59,697 nt of DNA from a virus (IMGVR_UViG_3300030233_000116:1-59697), one strand, 5' to 3'; positions 31,801 through 37,277 are shown, numbered from the stretch's first letter. The notes: generated from the sequence alone by a model not told the origin. Numbers and translations: made by a program.

Positions 31801-32012
31801 CGATCTTTCCGGTTTCGAGCCGTCAGAAGCCCGGATTGCATCATGACAGCCCGATTTGCCTCGGACTGCTGCTGTTCCCGCACCTGATTCCAATCCGGTT
31901 CCGCCGGGCGTTCCGGCATCTCAATGTCGGCAACGAAATCCCGCGGCTCTTCAGGAGCAGGGGAAACCGGCACGCCTTGCGCCGGGCGCACCCCGTGTGC
32001 TTGGCGCTTCAT
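13827..32012 (-). CDS. Giant polyvalent DarB-like virion/ejection protein (6061 aa): coiled-coil/Gly-rich N-term, degenerate zincin, ParB-like, Zeta-toxin P-loop kinase, N6-adenine MTase, SNF2 helicase, sigma70, ART-like, LPD38-like C-term
   Basis: Motifs: YQPRER/SGHGR (~27300-27480); GGGGGAGKT/INADEIKE/HEESS/IFDGT (~25650-26150); LEPAGGVG/NVPFG (~24470-24690); AHGVGSGKT/DEAH/TGTP/QRDGRIIRQGN (~20860-22560); NLRL/DDILQ/LVKA and region-4 HTH (~19370-19850); YHGT (~17550). Confidence 0.9.
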   Translation of the reverse strand: MKRQAHGVRPAQGVPVSPAPEEPRDFVADIEMPERPAEPDWNQVREQQQSEANRAVMMQSGLLTARNRKDRLQAIQQDAGRFMEAKQDINEGVQRQQEQFQRESQRYEAERAKLEKAQHEAGLQEQGVRYRKDALGNILIERDVEGNPLYEERKGELKWDEKGAFRMDRTATGDVKRVDPDRNAKIGPNPNDPNDRNLYKQNKNSEWEVIDPEVALTSGNPQRRIASAKFLHAREKRDREMRRKEIRVAKGAPDAPKVLSDQEREELTMERENWATPKPKPEPKRGLFGGSKPQEDAAAMAAWQEDERIRKARLEEIDARFAGDEARRALEEEDYRLEQELLALEKEGPGGYMRRRIAEQAQARLEESPEEQSQRQVENAQQTVAEVEAIEAEAARLAERATQGMTAEERANHNAEVEALRERAAAFDQGQAQANAVAEESRRLAEERAKQAREELRGNEATRPIAEKLDAIDADAEARMAEIEAIEDLEARMAAQSALQKEIEQRQAEVNEEFSGLQDRARLLNYELKGDERREVLRQLPKAQRETFLEMERAWKDGKLQKWREKNENIGLWEEVDRSVFGRMLPRIASGVAGANEMASNLNPGQWAQNFGERIIFGRTSAEAQNQAVRQMANDLQAGNQASAELQNFKLTDADSWDAGRLTRWLLAEGAPVMIEMGIDLGLASLTGPAAPVTFMALTGSKMAGNQYNDAMEYHREAGASELEAKALATSEGVLMGVIGGAMDKIPGGQFLTRNPGGRGVLSQFVRRASLGAGSEALPEMGQELTSMLLEAGFRDQAAAFEGAWERLAQSAALGGLAGGVVGGAQGGVEGYQNQSLRGRIESMRIAPDDSVDALMAKRSEISRMQEQAAERGMEDATLARLDGAAVALDQQIQAKGGRPVSSAPPEFVAAANAQAAKWAPPPEMDPAQAEADRLAARGALKILAGTPLERLDARERAAVSAPLPDGTPRMEVVEGMTILTEGQLDRLREIAPASGRLIRMSESEAREKALRIPLRPDPSTFVEEASTEVDSPPPAPGSENLALFEVDVDGREPVQVRAKDEETARQQVTRQNIGMVRGVYRMAEDAYGDADGSQSNERGEAASAPGSVASGAGASQSDPGSRADSGSVAAGSATDGTATFRRGRSGADIRTPAGRLSRVTEAVADINSRNRLSAGVQVVEGPVPGGAGNAMGVAFGEDGPRIHVDEGQIDRQRGIVAQALGEDAADQWFEGVVSEEIAHAAEQVAFREEWESGGREGSFEDFVAGKRAKESGGIRQAINGANGAKVSRALVNSAASYFAGDRLQADIDAAIEAIPGETMQEKALALLDMAARGDLQVNNVRMPLENLLGEFKRQLVQARADGEITETGFRRIIEAINRWIESVIASLRAAGDVPEIQAMIARMEEILTQDGGEVTTSGPYPEDSGSNPDPATTQKGGESNERQRSQKEGMRRETEVSEQRGAEDSAPAFQPLGTVAKDGTYWSENSARTKKVKLRLKPIDLATVKNSKGTKYQPRERDRVQSRAQILDLAQRWKPEKSIPATSIEHGPIVVTSEGGKDVIRSGHGREAALGVIYGAAGTPAARSAQRSFVARYLRHLGMEDAAQQAEAMEMPALGAEIVDFGDYASEPDPLLAYVRDANPDEMSRPEEAIKRAGVLRQNPGVLAAIEFDEDGNFLEDGPSGEAILEVIDSMGLRNRLTRDGSATPDLYEDVRRAMLAYVLGADTAEGRQAGRGITLTQLIEDAQDSGLVNFTKGLVRQSGLLAQIRETQPDFIDSAIAPAVSQYVRWKRDGGKGSFQEFIGQQDLFEGEVPEMVERIGRALGSVNGVRALEGLLRSVVEDSQYAGALFTRAVHTLATRRLAGPVDPRIREAFPESEGWEFENGLPVPPRTLQDGAPLLQETLDLNEAEVDAEHPLVAAGLLPEGKVSRNEFREAVIQYFISRGKPVPEGQKPVVLAMGGGGGAGKTTTLKARIKAGKTPFKQQPVEINADEIKELIPEYDRIVQAGDSRAAAVVHEESSWIAKKLELKLVDKNRRERYNIIFDGTMANFEKSASKIKQWQNAGFAVEFLGVTIDPAESITRAVLRAKGKGRWVPYEALFTAHSSFNAGAKNLLALADTGALYDNTEGPKLVAQKDGESVDVKDRATYNLVDERAKQPEKPRELLGTPENRPGRGSGGRAGDRETAVRKPESPRGGSRSRGTGQVQSLGARRLDPNTPDMFDWVETLPPAVKASKPKVRAKIKQELRKAPAAVQEDLFTFATAESNIKSNEEGQNANAKTGRVLPNTIPGGQREGVEKDGERGDSAPPQGTGRPDRSAELKPADRNHRIPAGVQIAPRGNAAKLDANIEAIELLRRLESENRNPGPAEKDILARYTGWGWAGEYFNEKKPAYAKQNARLRELLSEEEYESAAASTLNAHFTDPRVIDGVWSIAERLGFRGGDVLEPAGGVGHFFGRMPESIAEQSALTGVELDNLSGRIFAKLYPQAEVQVTGFERAAIPPASMDLVVSNVPFGDYRVPGAKDYPDLLIHDYFFARGLDMTRPGGLVIFITSDGTMDKSDAKVRRLLAEKADLVGAVRLPNNAFAANAGTEVTTDIIVMRKKDGKPFEGASWISRDKVGEAEVEGQMADIFVNEYYAANPEMALGRHSLEGTMYSAGDYALVAKPGQDTGAELTAVVERFPKDIFKRGDARPVQRSQVAASGDKPGSYVQKDGQFFQVVEGRLEPASWLTQKNYGDKHTEPITDKERRDREVIADDWMMVRDAARELIAGEVDQDISIADLDAMRRRLNAAYDRFIARNGTLTKKYRHLEKAAFLEDDPEYPLLQSLEEEFDRYDQRTKKVKKAWRKADIFSKRVREPVSKPEKAENINDAINILMAFEGSVDADSVANMLGISKREAEDRIVETGRAYLDPATGRLEIAERYLSSNVRKRLRAARAAAETDSRYRANIAALEGVIPPTVPLKDIYFSLASRWIPERVLSAFATDLLGSKTKVSYVAAANTHVVTVSNPLASGNSVDWKSGKLSGAELLTHALKGTSPQITTTVSLGGGKTKTETDFPATQAAKAKMADMERRFESWIKTTAVQVEGVSVQEVVEQEYNDVMNSVVAPVYSGDYLVRDGDQSRHNIPGLSNVVWMNGHRRSAIARILQEGKAVMAHGVGSGKTFSQIVAAMEMKRLGLARKPMIVVQKATIGQFAASVMQAYPAAKVLVATEKTFNAKSRARFISQIATGDYDMVIVTQPQFDRILPSKETIRRFFSDKLAELSEAINRMRLSEGKDSPTTKQLQKAKKRMEGKLRRMMDGLEKRGDDVIDFESTGVDALFIDEAHAYKKASIITNMQRIKGIPNDESQRAMGLEMKTKYIQDRNNGRNVILATGTPITNSVAEAYIMLKLATPSVLEDFGINTFDEFAHTFGRLNTKLERTWSGAWKRVSRFNRFTNGAELVAMIRSGFDVKMGNEELGLKVPKMRNSDGRNLPDLQVVPQTPAVSRINDWIMEIGAEFERVMKSGSSDEKEAARAVPIVTMQVGMAASVDPRLVRQDALDEPGSKVNRAVEEIAKIHQENEYRRGAQVVFLDRFRPINTNTLDAFVGGSLSIEEEADGETDPDKQEKEGPDEDAEFSGGGFNLYRDIRDKLIKRGIPENQIAIIHEHNTDKRREALFEKVNSGEVRVILGSTEKLGVGVNMQERLVAAHHLDPPRSMTPAMLEQRDGRIIRQGNIFTRAKLKDGSANPDYDSDFAVRNIRYGVESTMDVAIYDMMAAKQAFVHQVLKGNVSGREFDDAASEVVMNMRQQVAQLSGDTRVLRLADLEGEIAELDGERRGFLNEVAESRKRLWYLESSIRSDTALAKQYEAISDKMSAQFEGDSVTYDFGENGVFTDRKEAVEALGNIMDQLRKKAVQIANADNTAEISFRINEVPVTLVARGALASFEELRVTFEAEIKTPSGEMWDNGSPKTAEGLLNSVVRSARAGEAKVNSIRARIEKQQEQITPLQQASEQQWPKEEEYAAKQAEFLQLERDLQGPEETAGAEEQAMGARTIDPDQLTLDLSDRTAEVQNLVTDNLRLAGWWANRYRNLGEYDDILQSARLALVKAAEGYNPESGPFAAYANRTISNALNSEYRRQSRRPRMSASLDEPITDDGETLAEVIGEDENVRETAAQGDIRGILRAAVQKLPDRPRAMVENLLSGKTAAETARELEVSPQYVSKILSNALGVLRSRLEGQGIDARAALGARAISPELSQETEDVLWRRIGEIEDLQGDSRRRAFAINDRLGDEASMDARPLPELDWRQYVDDVPDAWPEWANPETTIDDLSGEERERVREAALEEIRASEREWEGKRRSALEDLRALADEVAPISGALGARSIEMEIEAAMEGKSMFGAMAALIENANLSKDQKSRYRSIKRILDSDIQDPDDWPKSTQGHAIWKQVEKALDSKEFAEVGGLSLTEIEENQPDSNLNADQTKAWNEVRAQVMRMYEAFYGDLKSARKNLQALAAEVMTRPEERMEAEDKRLKGEFLRGLRDGGFSEADTLAIGSRSISPQYGAFDAATAAKNKEVFRERFEAMKPTVGIGKLVAGWQSPDGRFVDTGEHHHFFSDGYGLILGNPGALGYVRIAKDYKDGKTVYYQGAPNRTQLKALKDAAIEEGLEIEHDRTPLATRKIEASPKAIQDEILAVAEGDTGSGDDVIELLHPDNYSLKELRKIQRENESDIEMMQEELDEYNALSKEDQELYEPNTDFESIDNIRQQNREIDKVIEMRAKYTPKSIDNAVDDYIEKHWIGTRTITDEDAEYLAAVERGDMETAQRMVDEAARAAGYTIKGYHGTLNGGFKRFNLNLLSDDAEKGVVWFADTREGAERFLQRYRGKPKDFNDTLALYDPVTQTRIERGSTPQVIDAWIRPGKVFDQTNLTEEDIRWLTNRTIMGLPITRETIERYAGSVDGQLLKMLLGQDFASLQDDYQTFKFNLAYGTEQVGHEIGITDPNAVKSADPVTYDDKGNVIPLSQRFNPQSDSILYARTLTPEGDKALERIMAAISEPEVNAMVEKAKGETSGQRTVGNPDRGFSALGPEVMGVDEVYGSKLVREKEADWNEAGRRMAAENPGGVIEMALERGMAGGTLNPEETKAVQVVVAEEMSKPLTPERRRILTGLVWAYRQTGTEAGRQLASRKDPFMSPAERHREFLAKAIFTPPSKVRKQIEKADQAEKQRLLDAESARIKAIEKALNAMGITFDMIFGGEVELILKGSAIVKNILSGFTSQDSKIVRALQGGAKSFEVIGKEMGATAKEVEAVRDRYADAVNTRYRDTVRKLLERGVSPGEVAKYIDQTGVALGAAALGNREVSDADVDAAMAQVLEAMGIAPKTEQGKRKTVRRRVPKRRPLLQVPQTPVSDAPVGPTPGAYPEDQTRLELNEDQAARNRTRMPRSDAPAAPEAGPQQKLPLEYENREIMVRFPIDDAQQVVRVARTAQAASGNPFDMAIEYWINGILSGPQTHIVNIAGNFANTAWDMTVQRGMEAVMNLMVKDQKGAQFGEFKHLLAGLRPGLAKGWKMAVKAWDAESDFFESEVLGGQVELFEDFDKAGGVQPAIKGRTGRIVRIPGRLLLFMDSLFKFTIGRMETGAMAFRIGKQKGLEGKKLEEFIADEVNTPGSMSWQYAVDKAVDMTFQTPLKNADEGGNVMEQLARNAQDLRRKAKILSFIIPFVRTPYNIFATGIRKTPLGSIPMTYRLLQAGFFKFRDGKPVLTSHPQLVRDMAEQTIAWVGTLMLLGMAEGDEDDDNKLILISGSRPSNSALADMQARTSGGPYSIRIGGRNGVTVSYGRLEPFATILGTVVDAARMTKSGGGSQEKTSQFFSYMVGQTQDKTFTAGIGGLMETIQNFSDPDRADFAASRFRSSFLSGLVPNIIRQPLRNMDEFQRDYRTAQVYYDMLPIPQFAAPRIDQVTGEPVRKDGNAASRLLIPWTREMEGSEQVDVMLRNWNRENPSLAWAPPRPSNKISRNGEQIELDADEYQELVALSAKYAGIRLRSVLNSLNTRNPTEDDFERVKKAFEQGRALARREMLLRRR
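25052..25204 (-). CDS. Nested +1-frame small protein (50 aa, MKKDKTPMQKLVEFF...)
   Basis: TTTACT(25241-36)-17-TAATAT(25218-13), 8 nt before the ATG; amphipathic helical product. Confidence 0.6.
   Translation of the reverse strand: MKKDKTPMQKLVEFFRTQFPAASEKELRKMASEEIQRRLKEPEDPTDRLS
25373..25558 (-). CDS. Nested +1-frame small protein (61 aa) directly after the Zeta domain; candidate antitoxin
   Basis: TTGATG(25594-89)-17-TATAAT(25571-66), 7 nt before the ATG. Confidence 0.65.
   Translation of the reverse strand: MSEPNNQKSQGNYWEPPKIDPAEEAAVERAIGKLRFGNQNPRAAEVEAEARAKFRALAPGG
25566..25594 (-). promoter_or_regulatory. Internal sigma70 promoter inside the giant gene
   Basis: TTGATG-17-TATAAT. 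Confidence 0.7.
27641..27691 (-). CDS. Nested 16-aa basic peptide MKGKGHKKKGCGGKRK
   Basis: GAAAGGAGGTGA Shine-Dalgarno (27708-27697), 5 nt before the ATG; immediately 3' of the nested tRNA. Confidence 0.65.
   Translation of the reverse strand: MKGKGHKKKGCGGKRK
27713..27787 (-). tRNA. tRNA-Met(CAT), initiator-like, embedded on the sense strand of the giant CDS
   Basis: CGCAGGA TG GTGG AGAGGTCA CCAC G TCAGG CCCATAC CCTGA AGAC TCGGG TTCGAAT CCCGA TCCTGCC A CCA; D, anticodon and T stems fully paired, C1xC72 mismatch, encoded CCA. Confidence 0.85.
28493..28738 (-). CDS. Nested +1-frame protein (81 aa, MEVSQMSAEKLRAHPDRW...)
   Basis: TTTACC(28774-69)-17-TATGGT(28751-46), 7 nt before the ATG; product looks helical while the host frame there is low-complexity. 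Confidence 0.6.
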   Translation of the reverse strand: MEVSQMSAEKLRAHPDRWQAVQELRNRIQDLERIRDPSLLDRLPMGPRPFAEGDPEPTFERLLADYRALQKRLPTSILGID

Positions 32013-32662
32013 CCGGTGGGTTTGCGTCGGCGAGGCTTCTTGCCGGCAATCATCTCATCCGGGCGGGTGTCCTGGCCCATGGCAGACATCTTAATCGATT
32101 TTTCCGCAGGTCGACCGTTGATCAACGCGGGTTGCGGCGATCGGAAATTGGTCCCCGCCACCACGCCTTGGCCGGTGCCTCCCCCGTATTTCTCCGGGAT
32201 CGCCATCTGCCGAACCCGCGTGCCGTCATTGCCGGTTCGATCGATCATGCCGGGACCAGGGCCAGCATAAGCAGGAGGAGCAGATGCAGCTTTCGCCGCA
32301 TTCCCCTCAGCCACGATCGAGCGCCGCCTCGCCTCCCGAACCGCCTGATTGTCGGCGAACTGCTGCGCGCTTTGAGCCGCCCGCGTGCTCCGATCCCCAA
32401 ACCGCCGGTCAAACGCAGCGTCGCGTTCCGCCTCGTATTCCTCCCGCGTTTTCGGCCCCTTCGGACGAGTGCTTTGCTTCAGCGCCTCGGCGTAGGCTGT
32501 CTCGAGGTCCGGCCCCTGATAATCCCCACCCCTATTGATGGCCCGCTGCGAACTCGCTTCCGCCGCCTGAGTCACGCTCGCCGCGCGCTCACGCGCCTTG
32601 GCAAAATCATCGTCAAACTCCGAGAAGTCCAACGCCGGCAAAGGAAGTGGAGATCGAGGCAT
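32009..32662 (-). CDS. Putative ejection/internal virion protein (A/R/Q-rich)
   Basis: Coupled (ATGA) to the giant gene; helical low-complexity composition. Confidence 0.55.
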   Translation of the reverse strand: MPRSPLPLPALDFSEFDDDFAKARERAASVTQAAEASSQRAINRGGDYQGPDLETAYAEALKQSTRPKGPKTREEYEAERDAAFDRRFGDRSTRAAQSAQQFADNQAVREARRRSIVAEGNAAKAASAPPAYAGPGPGMIDRTGNDGTRVRQMAIPEKYGGGTGQGVVAGTNFRSPQPALINGRPAEKSIKMSAMGQDTRPDEMIAGKKPRRRKPTG

Positions 32663-32668
32663 GCAACA

Positions 32669-32697
32669 TGCATGCCCGCTTTTCACGGGGTTGTCAA
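32669..32697 (-). promoter_or_regulatory. Putative promoter for the ejection/portal operon
   Basis: TTGACA-17-CATGCA, 6 nt before the ATG; same TTGACAACC...CATnnAT form as upstream of the scaffold gene. Confidence 0.5.
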
Positions 32698-32708
32698 CGC
32701 CGCAACGG

Positions 32709-33014
32709 CTACGTCACATGCTCAAAACGCCCATCCTCCATTTCAGAAGCGGGGCGCACCCATGTGGGATGCTTCCCGGATTCAACAGACATGTAGGCGT
32801 AAGCTGGTTTATTGGTCGCCTCAATCCGAAGCTTGTCCCCTAGGTCGCTCACAATCACATAAACGCCCCCGGTTTTCTTGTGGCGCACCAACCGGCCGCG
32901 CAAAAACATTGAGCCAGAAGCGGCAATCTCACATTGCTCACATCTCACATTCCCCACAGACGGCCTACCACAATAAGGGCATCGGTTTGTTCCAAGTCGA
33001 TTCGTCGTATTCAT
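32709..33014 (-). CDS. DUF1653-like protein with N-terminal CxxC..CxxC
   Basis: VRHKKTGGVYVIV...WVRPASEMEDGRF. Confidence 0.6.
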   Translation of the reverse strand: MNTTNRLGTNRCPYCGRPSVGNVRCEQCEIAASGSMFLRGRLVRHKKTGGVYVIVSDLGDKLRIEATNKPAYAYMSVESGKHPTWVRPASEMEDGRFEHVT

Positions 33015-33036
33015 CTTTCTCCTCGCTCGATCTGTC

Positions 33037-33252
33037 TCACCCGTCTCGCCACTCATCTCCATCGTTATCGTTATCTTCATCGTCGAATGCTCGTATTTGC
33101 CGATCATATACCTCCATCACTTTGAGTTGCAGCACTCCAACGATGGTCGCGGCGCTGACATCATACTCGCATGACCATTGTCGAAGCAGTTCCTCAAGCT
33201 GTTCGTGCATTTGTTGCACATTATCGCTTTCTGGCGGCGTTCGCTCACTCAT
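33037..33252 (-). CDS. Small acidic hypothetical protein
   Basis: ORF in small-gene cluster. Confidence 0.45.
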   Translation of the reverse strand: MSERTPPESDNVQQMHEQLEELLRQWSCEYDVSAATIVGVLQLKVMEVYDRQIRAFDDEDNDNDGDEWRDG

Positions 33253-33506
33253 TCTTATTCACCAAAAATATTTCCAAACAATGATTTACCTTTAATCTCC
33301 AAATCCCGCGACGCCCGACCATTCCTCACCCCTTGCTCGTGCGCGAGGTCCCATGTCTGTTCAAACAGTTTTCGCAGGCCAGCCCGCGACATTGTTACAC
33401 TTCCCGTTCCCTCAAACTGAGGGTTTCGCTCCGTGTAAATCTTCCAGAGTTCTTCCTTTTTTATATTCAGCTTCCACGATCAATCGATGGTTTTCATTCT
33501 TTCAGG

Positions 33507-33767
33507 TTATCTCTGATATTTCTCACACGCATCGAAGCCGTCCTGCATCGAGGCAAAGAAGCCGTGCGCCCAATGGTCAATAAACCCGCAACAGGTGCAT
33601 TTCGTATCGGCTTCATAGATGATATGTTCCTCTTCATCGATCTCTGTTAGTTCATTCAGGCTCCCACAGTTGTTGCACGTTTCTTTTCGATGGTAATCAA
33701 TCACCTTTCGAAAGGGGCTGACAAATCGCTGGACATCAACGCCAGATCCTATTGAGTCTGTATTCAT
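33507..33767 (-). CDS. Small zinc-ribbon protein
   Basis: CNNCG...CTCCG...WAHGF. Confidence 0.55.
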   Translation of the reverse strand: MNTDSIGSGVDVQRFVSPFRKVIDYHRKETCNNCGSLNELTEIDEEEHIIYEADTKCTCCGFIDHWAHGFFASMQDGFDACEKYQR

Positions 33768-33785
33768 TCACACTTCAGTTTTTAT

Positions 33786-35627
33786 TCAGCTAAAAGTCGC
33801 ATCTCTTCCCATGCCCTCCTCCAGCCCTCGCAGATCCCGAGGCAGGTAATTCGGGCGGTTCTCATGCACAAACACCGTCGCATGCTCGATGTTCGCCAAC
33901 CCAATCCCCAGGCTCATCACCTGGTCATCGTGCTTGCCTTGCGCGGCCTCGATCTTCCCGTTCGTATTTACTACCATCGTTCCCAGTTCTTTTCGCAACC
34001 ACGGACAAGGCACGTCAATCCCGCTGCCAATCACATCCCATTCCCGGATCGCCTTCTCAATCGCCGAAATCACAATCGGTCGTGTCGCAACCGAGGTTCG
34101 CCATCCCAACTGATCGGTGAAACGCTCTTCCTTCCGATCGAACACTCTGCGCATCGCCACATTGCCGCCAGCATCCTTCAAGTAATTCACCACCGACAAC
34201 CCGGGCCCGTCCATCTCCACATAGATGATGCATCGCCCATAGTATTCGCTCATCATCAATACCTGCTCAGCCAATACATCATGCTCCCATCGGCATGCAG
34301 GTTCGCCCCGTATCGTTTGAGCCAAACGACACACCACTCGAGGACGCACCCATTCCCCGCGTTCATCAAAGTATCCTGCCCGCAAAACCAAAGGACCGTG
34401 ATGGTCGGGATCTTTCCCGCTGGTCTGGCTCGAACCGGTCATCACGTCCAGCGGAATCAGATACCGGCATCCATGCCTTGGCTTCTCCCACATCCACACG
34501 AACGCCTCTGTCTCAAGCCCAACCTTCACAAACCCCGCTCCATCAGTCGGGCGCGCCTTCGAAAAATTTCCATAGTCCGGTGTCGCGTTATCCCTCGCCA
34601 ATATCTTCAGCCCAGCCCGATTGAATGCCTGCCGACCTGACCGCCGAAACGCCCGCTCCCATGTCGAAGGATAATCCTCCTCGAACACATCCGGATCCCG
34701 CTGGCATTCCTCCGCGATCGCCCATCGCCGCCATGCCAACTGTTCCCACACGTCAAAATCCTCAACCGCCTTGCCCAACCGCAACCCCTGCGGCCCTTCA
34801 TTCCCAAAGTCATCGATCAAATCCTGTTCCCCAAAATACCACGGTTGCGCATCGATCGATTCCTGTATCTCCATCTTCTCGTTGGCCGACAACCGAAATG
34901 CCGAATCCGAAAACTCATACCACGCGCTGAAAAGCCGGACGGCCGGCAACCCCTTTGTTTTCCCAGCCAATACCAACCGCTGAAATTCATCAGCATCAAT
35001 CGCCCCACACCATCTTTCGTAATAGTCACCGGCAGCTCCCCTGGCAGTCGACTCCAGAATAATAATGGATCCCGCAACCGGTGGACACGTCTTCAATGCC
35101 CCCGACAGAATGTCCGCAGCATTCGCAACCCCTTCTTCCGCCCACCTCGCAACCTCTGTCCCGATAATAATCTGATACGTCCCCGCACGCCCAGCTTCCC
35201 CATTCTTCGCCGTTGCCTGATCGACCATCGATCCATTCGGAAACCTCGCGAACTTCATCAGCACTTCCGCGCGCTCGCCCCCAGGCGGCATGCTGTCTTC
35301 CTTCGCGTAAACCTTCATCATCCGCATAAGCTTGTCCCCTTGCGAATGGTCGCCCCCGATAACAAGGCCCACCTTCTCGCCCTGCATGCACTTGTCATAC
35401 GTCAGCCAGACCGAAAAGGTCGAAGATCCCTTCTGCCGAGGCTTCAGGTTCAAGATGAAACACGGAACCCCATGCTCCTCGCAGAATGCCACATGATCCC
35501 GCATTCGCCGTTGCATGATGTTCAGTCGCGGGCGTATCAAATTCCGCTTCTTATCGTAAATCTTAGCCCGCGTCTCAAAAGTGACGCCAGGGTCAGTAAG
35601 AATCTTCTTTATTCTGGATTGGGTCAT
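33786..35627 (-). CDS. terL: Terminase large subunit
   Basis: LKPRQKGSST Walker A, TEVARW, ILESTARG coupling motif, nuclease DVMTG and HDDQVMS. Confidence 0.92.
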   Translation of the reverse strand: MTQSRIKKILTDPGVTFETRAKIYDKKRNLIRPRLNIMQRRMRDHVAFCEEHGVPCFILNLKPRQKGSSTFSVWLTYDKCMQGEKVGLVIGGDHSQGDKLMRMMKVYAKEDSMPPGGERAEVLMKFARFPNGSMVDQATAKNGEAGRAGTYQIIIGTEVARWAEEGVANAADILSGALKTCPPVAGSIIILESTARGAAGDYYERWCGAIDADEFQRLVLAGKTKGLPAVRLFSAWYEFSDSAFRLSANEKMEIQESIDAQPWYFGEQDLIDDFGNEGPQGLRLGKAVEDFDVWEQLAWRRWAIAEECQRDPDVFEEDYPSTWERAFRRSGRQAFNRAGLKILARDNATPDYGNFSKARPTDGAGFVKVGLETEAFVWMWEKPRHGCRYLIPLDVMTGSSQTSGKDPDHHGPLVLRAGYFDERGEWVRPRVVCRLAQTIRGEPACRWEHDVLAEQVLMMSEYYGRCIIYVEMDGPGLSVVNYLKDAGGNVAMRRVFDRKEERFTDQLGWRTSVATRPIVISAIEKAIREWDVIGSGIDVPCPWLRKELGTMVVNTNGKIEAAQGKHDDQVMSLGIGLANIEHATVFVHENRPNYLPRDLRGLEEGMGRDATFS

Positions 35628-35662
35628 GGTTTAAGGCGTTCCTCTCCGTCGGTCATCGCTCT

Positions 35663-35899
35663 TTAGGATTCATTTTCGGAATCTTTCCATTGCTCCCTCA
35701 CCTCGGTGATGGTGAATCCGGCTCTGCGTAGAGCGGTGGCGTAGCCGGTGGCGCCGATGTGGTGTGCGGCGAGGGGGCCGCGGGCGCCGGCGTGATGGCG
35801 GGCGACATGGATGGCTCGCTTGGTATCTACTGCGTAGGCGTGGCAGAGGAAGGTGGGGTTGCCTTTGCGTGGGGTGCGGTAGATGGCATAGTATTTCAT
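35663..35899 (-). CDS. Hypothetical protein
   Basis: ATGA-coupled ORF MKYYAIYRT... Confidence 0.45.
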   Translation of the reverse strand: MKYYAIYRTPRKGNPTFLCHAYAVDTKRAIHVARHHAGARGPLAAHHIGATGYATALRRAGFTITEVREQWKDSENES

Positions 35900-36102
35900 T
35901 TCGTCTCTCTCAATGCCGACAAGGTGACGAACCGGACCCCGGCCCGCGAACCCAGTTTCTTCAATCGCTTCCATACCGCAATGCGCGACATATCCGCTCT
36001 CTTCGCAATCTCAAGCGCCGGCATGCCGGCGACCGCGTCCTTCAGTATCTGCCGGTCTTTTTCATCCCGGCAGGCTTGTTTCATGGCCTGCAGCTTACTC
36101 AT
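35896..36102 (-). CDS. Small HTH protein
   Basis: GMPALEIAKRADMSRIAVWKRLKKLG helix-turn-helix pattern. Confidence 0.6.
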   Translation of the reverse strand: MSKLQAMKQACRDEKDRQILKDAVAGMPALEIAKRADMSRIAVWKRLKKLGSRAGVRFVTLSALRETK

Positions 36103-36287
36103 TTCTCGTGCATGCCCTTCATTAACTTCAGCATCTCTTCCTGATTGATCACCGATAATCGCGTCAGGCGGATGTGCTCCTCCAGCGCATTAGCGATGCG
36201 CTCCAGCGCCGGCAGCGCTAGCGTTTCATCCCATTCGTCCGGCAGCCTGAATCGCCGCCCTGTCTTTAGCGCTTCTTCAAGTGTCAT
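36099..36287 (-). CDS. Hypothetical protein
   Basis: Coupled ORF; LERIANALE coiled segment. Confidence 0.45.
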   Translation of the reverse strand: MTLEEALKTGRRFRLPDEWDETLALPALERIANALEEHIRLTRLSVINQEEMLKLMKGMHEK

Positions 36288-36635
36288 AAATCCATCTCCT
36301 CAAGCTCATACCAATCCGGCTCCAATACCCGAACACATGGATATACCTGGGCTTCCTCCCCTTCTTCCAGCTCTTCCGGGCATGGCAGTTCATTCGGTTC
36401 CTTCATTTCCTTCGCTTCTAATGCCGCCCCCCAGCTCGAGGACGAGCGGGAAACCCTTTCAACCCTGACGGCCGGGGATCCACGTCGCCGACAAGGAAAT
36501 CTATTCCTTGGGCCCGGTCGTGGTTTATCGCGTCCTGCATCAAGTCCATGCAGGCCGGCAAGATGATTTCCCGGGTGGATTGCCCTTCCATCACGGCGCC
36601 TAGCAGTAGGACGCACCCTGTCGCCGAATATTCGC

Positions 36636-36995
36636 TCATTGTGCCCTCCTTCCCGGACCAATTACGCTTGCCAACGTCCACCAAAGCCGGAACGAAGTCC
36701 GTAGCCAACTCTTCCGGATCTCGCCCAGCTCAGAAATCGCAGCGATCCCGGGGCCGGTAAGCTCGATCATCCTTCCGCCCTGGAACGCCGTCACCGGGAA
36801 CCGGTGCCCAAACTCCCGGATTTGATGCGGGTGCAATTGGACGCGTTCCGCAGACCGGACCTTCGTCAGCCATGCCTGTTCCTGGCTCTCAGGAGCCGCT
36901 GACGCCTTTGGAGGGGCCGGAATAGGACCAAGGAGCGCGGAAAGCCCACGGCCCATCCGTGGAGCCCGAGGAAGTGGTGATCGCATGCGGTTCAT
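36636..36995 (-). CDS. Hypothetical protein carrying a ParB N-terminal-like GRGLSALL motif
   Basis: RMGRGLSALLG at 36959-36927; ATGA-coupled start. Confidence 0.55.
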   Translation of the reverse strand: MNRMRSPLPRAPRMGRGLSALLGPIPAPPKASAAPESQEQAWLTKVRSAERVQLHPHQIREFGHRFPVTAFQGGRMIELTGPGIAAISELGEIRKSWLRTSFRLWWTLASVIGPGRRAQ

Positions 36996-37174
36996 CGGGC
37001 GAAATATTGAGCGTCCGGCATAGTGCGGACTGCGTTGCGCGACCCCGAAGGGGTGATCTCCTTCAGTTCGCCATGCAGGCGAGCAATCCGGACCATAACG
37101 CGATGGCCAAGCCAATCGCGCAGATACCGCTGACCGGGCTGAAGCCGGTCGTGGGGGGTGGGTGTCTCACTCAT
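36992..37174 (-). CDS. Hypothetical protein, probably leaderless
   Basis: TTGCCG-17-TACGGT lies 7 nt upstream of the ATG. Confidence 0.45.
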   Translation of the reverse strand: MSETPTPHDRLQPGQRYLRDWLGHRVMVRIARLHGELKEITPSGSRNAVRTMPDAQYFAR

Positions 37175-37247
37175 CGGCACAACCGTAGGTTGCCGACCCG
37201 GAAACGGCAACCCCAAAAGTTAACATCCAGCCACTTTTTGTTAACCG

Positions 37248-37277
37248 GTCTCAATTTGTCTCATGGCTCGCTGAGAC
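37248..37277. repeat. GTCTCA/TGAGAC repeat cluster 1
   Basis: Three copies; AATTTGTCTCATGG (37253-37266) is identical to 38426-38439. Confidence 0.75.

Noticed and set aside
14787-33295. Long plus-strand ORFs (14787..16205, 21783..22985, 25965..27398, 31856..33295)
   Set aside because: Antisense shadows with no recognisable motifs or start signals, unlike the same-strand nested ORFs
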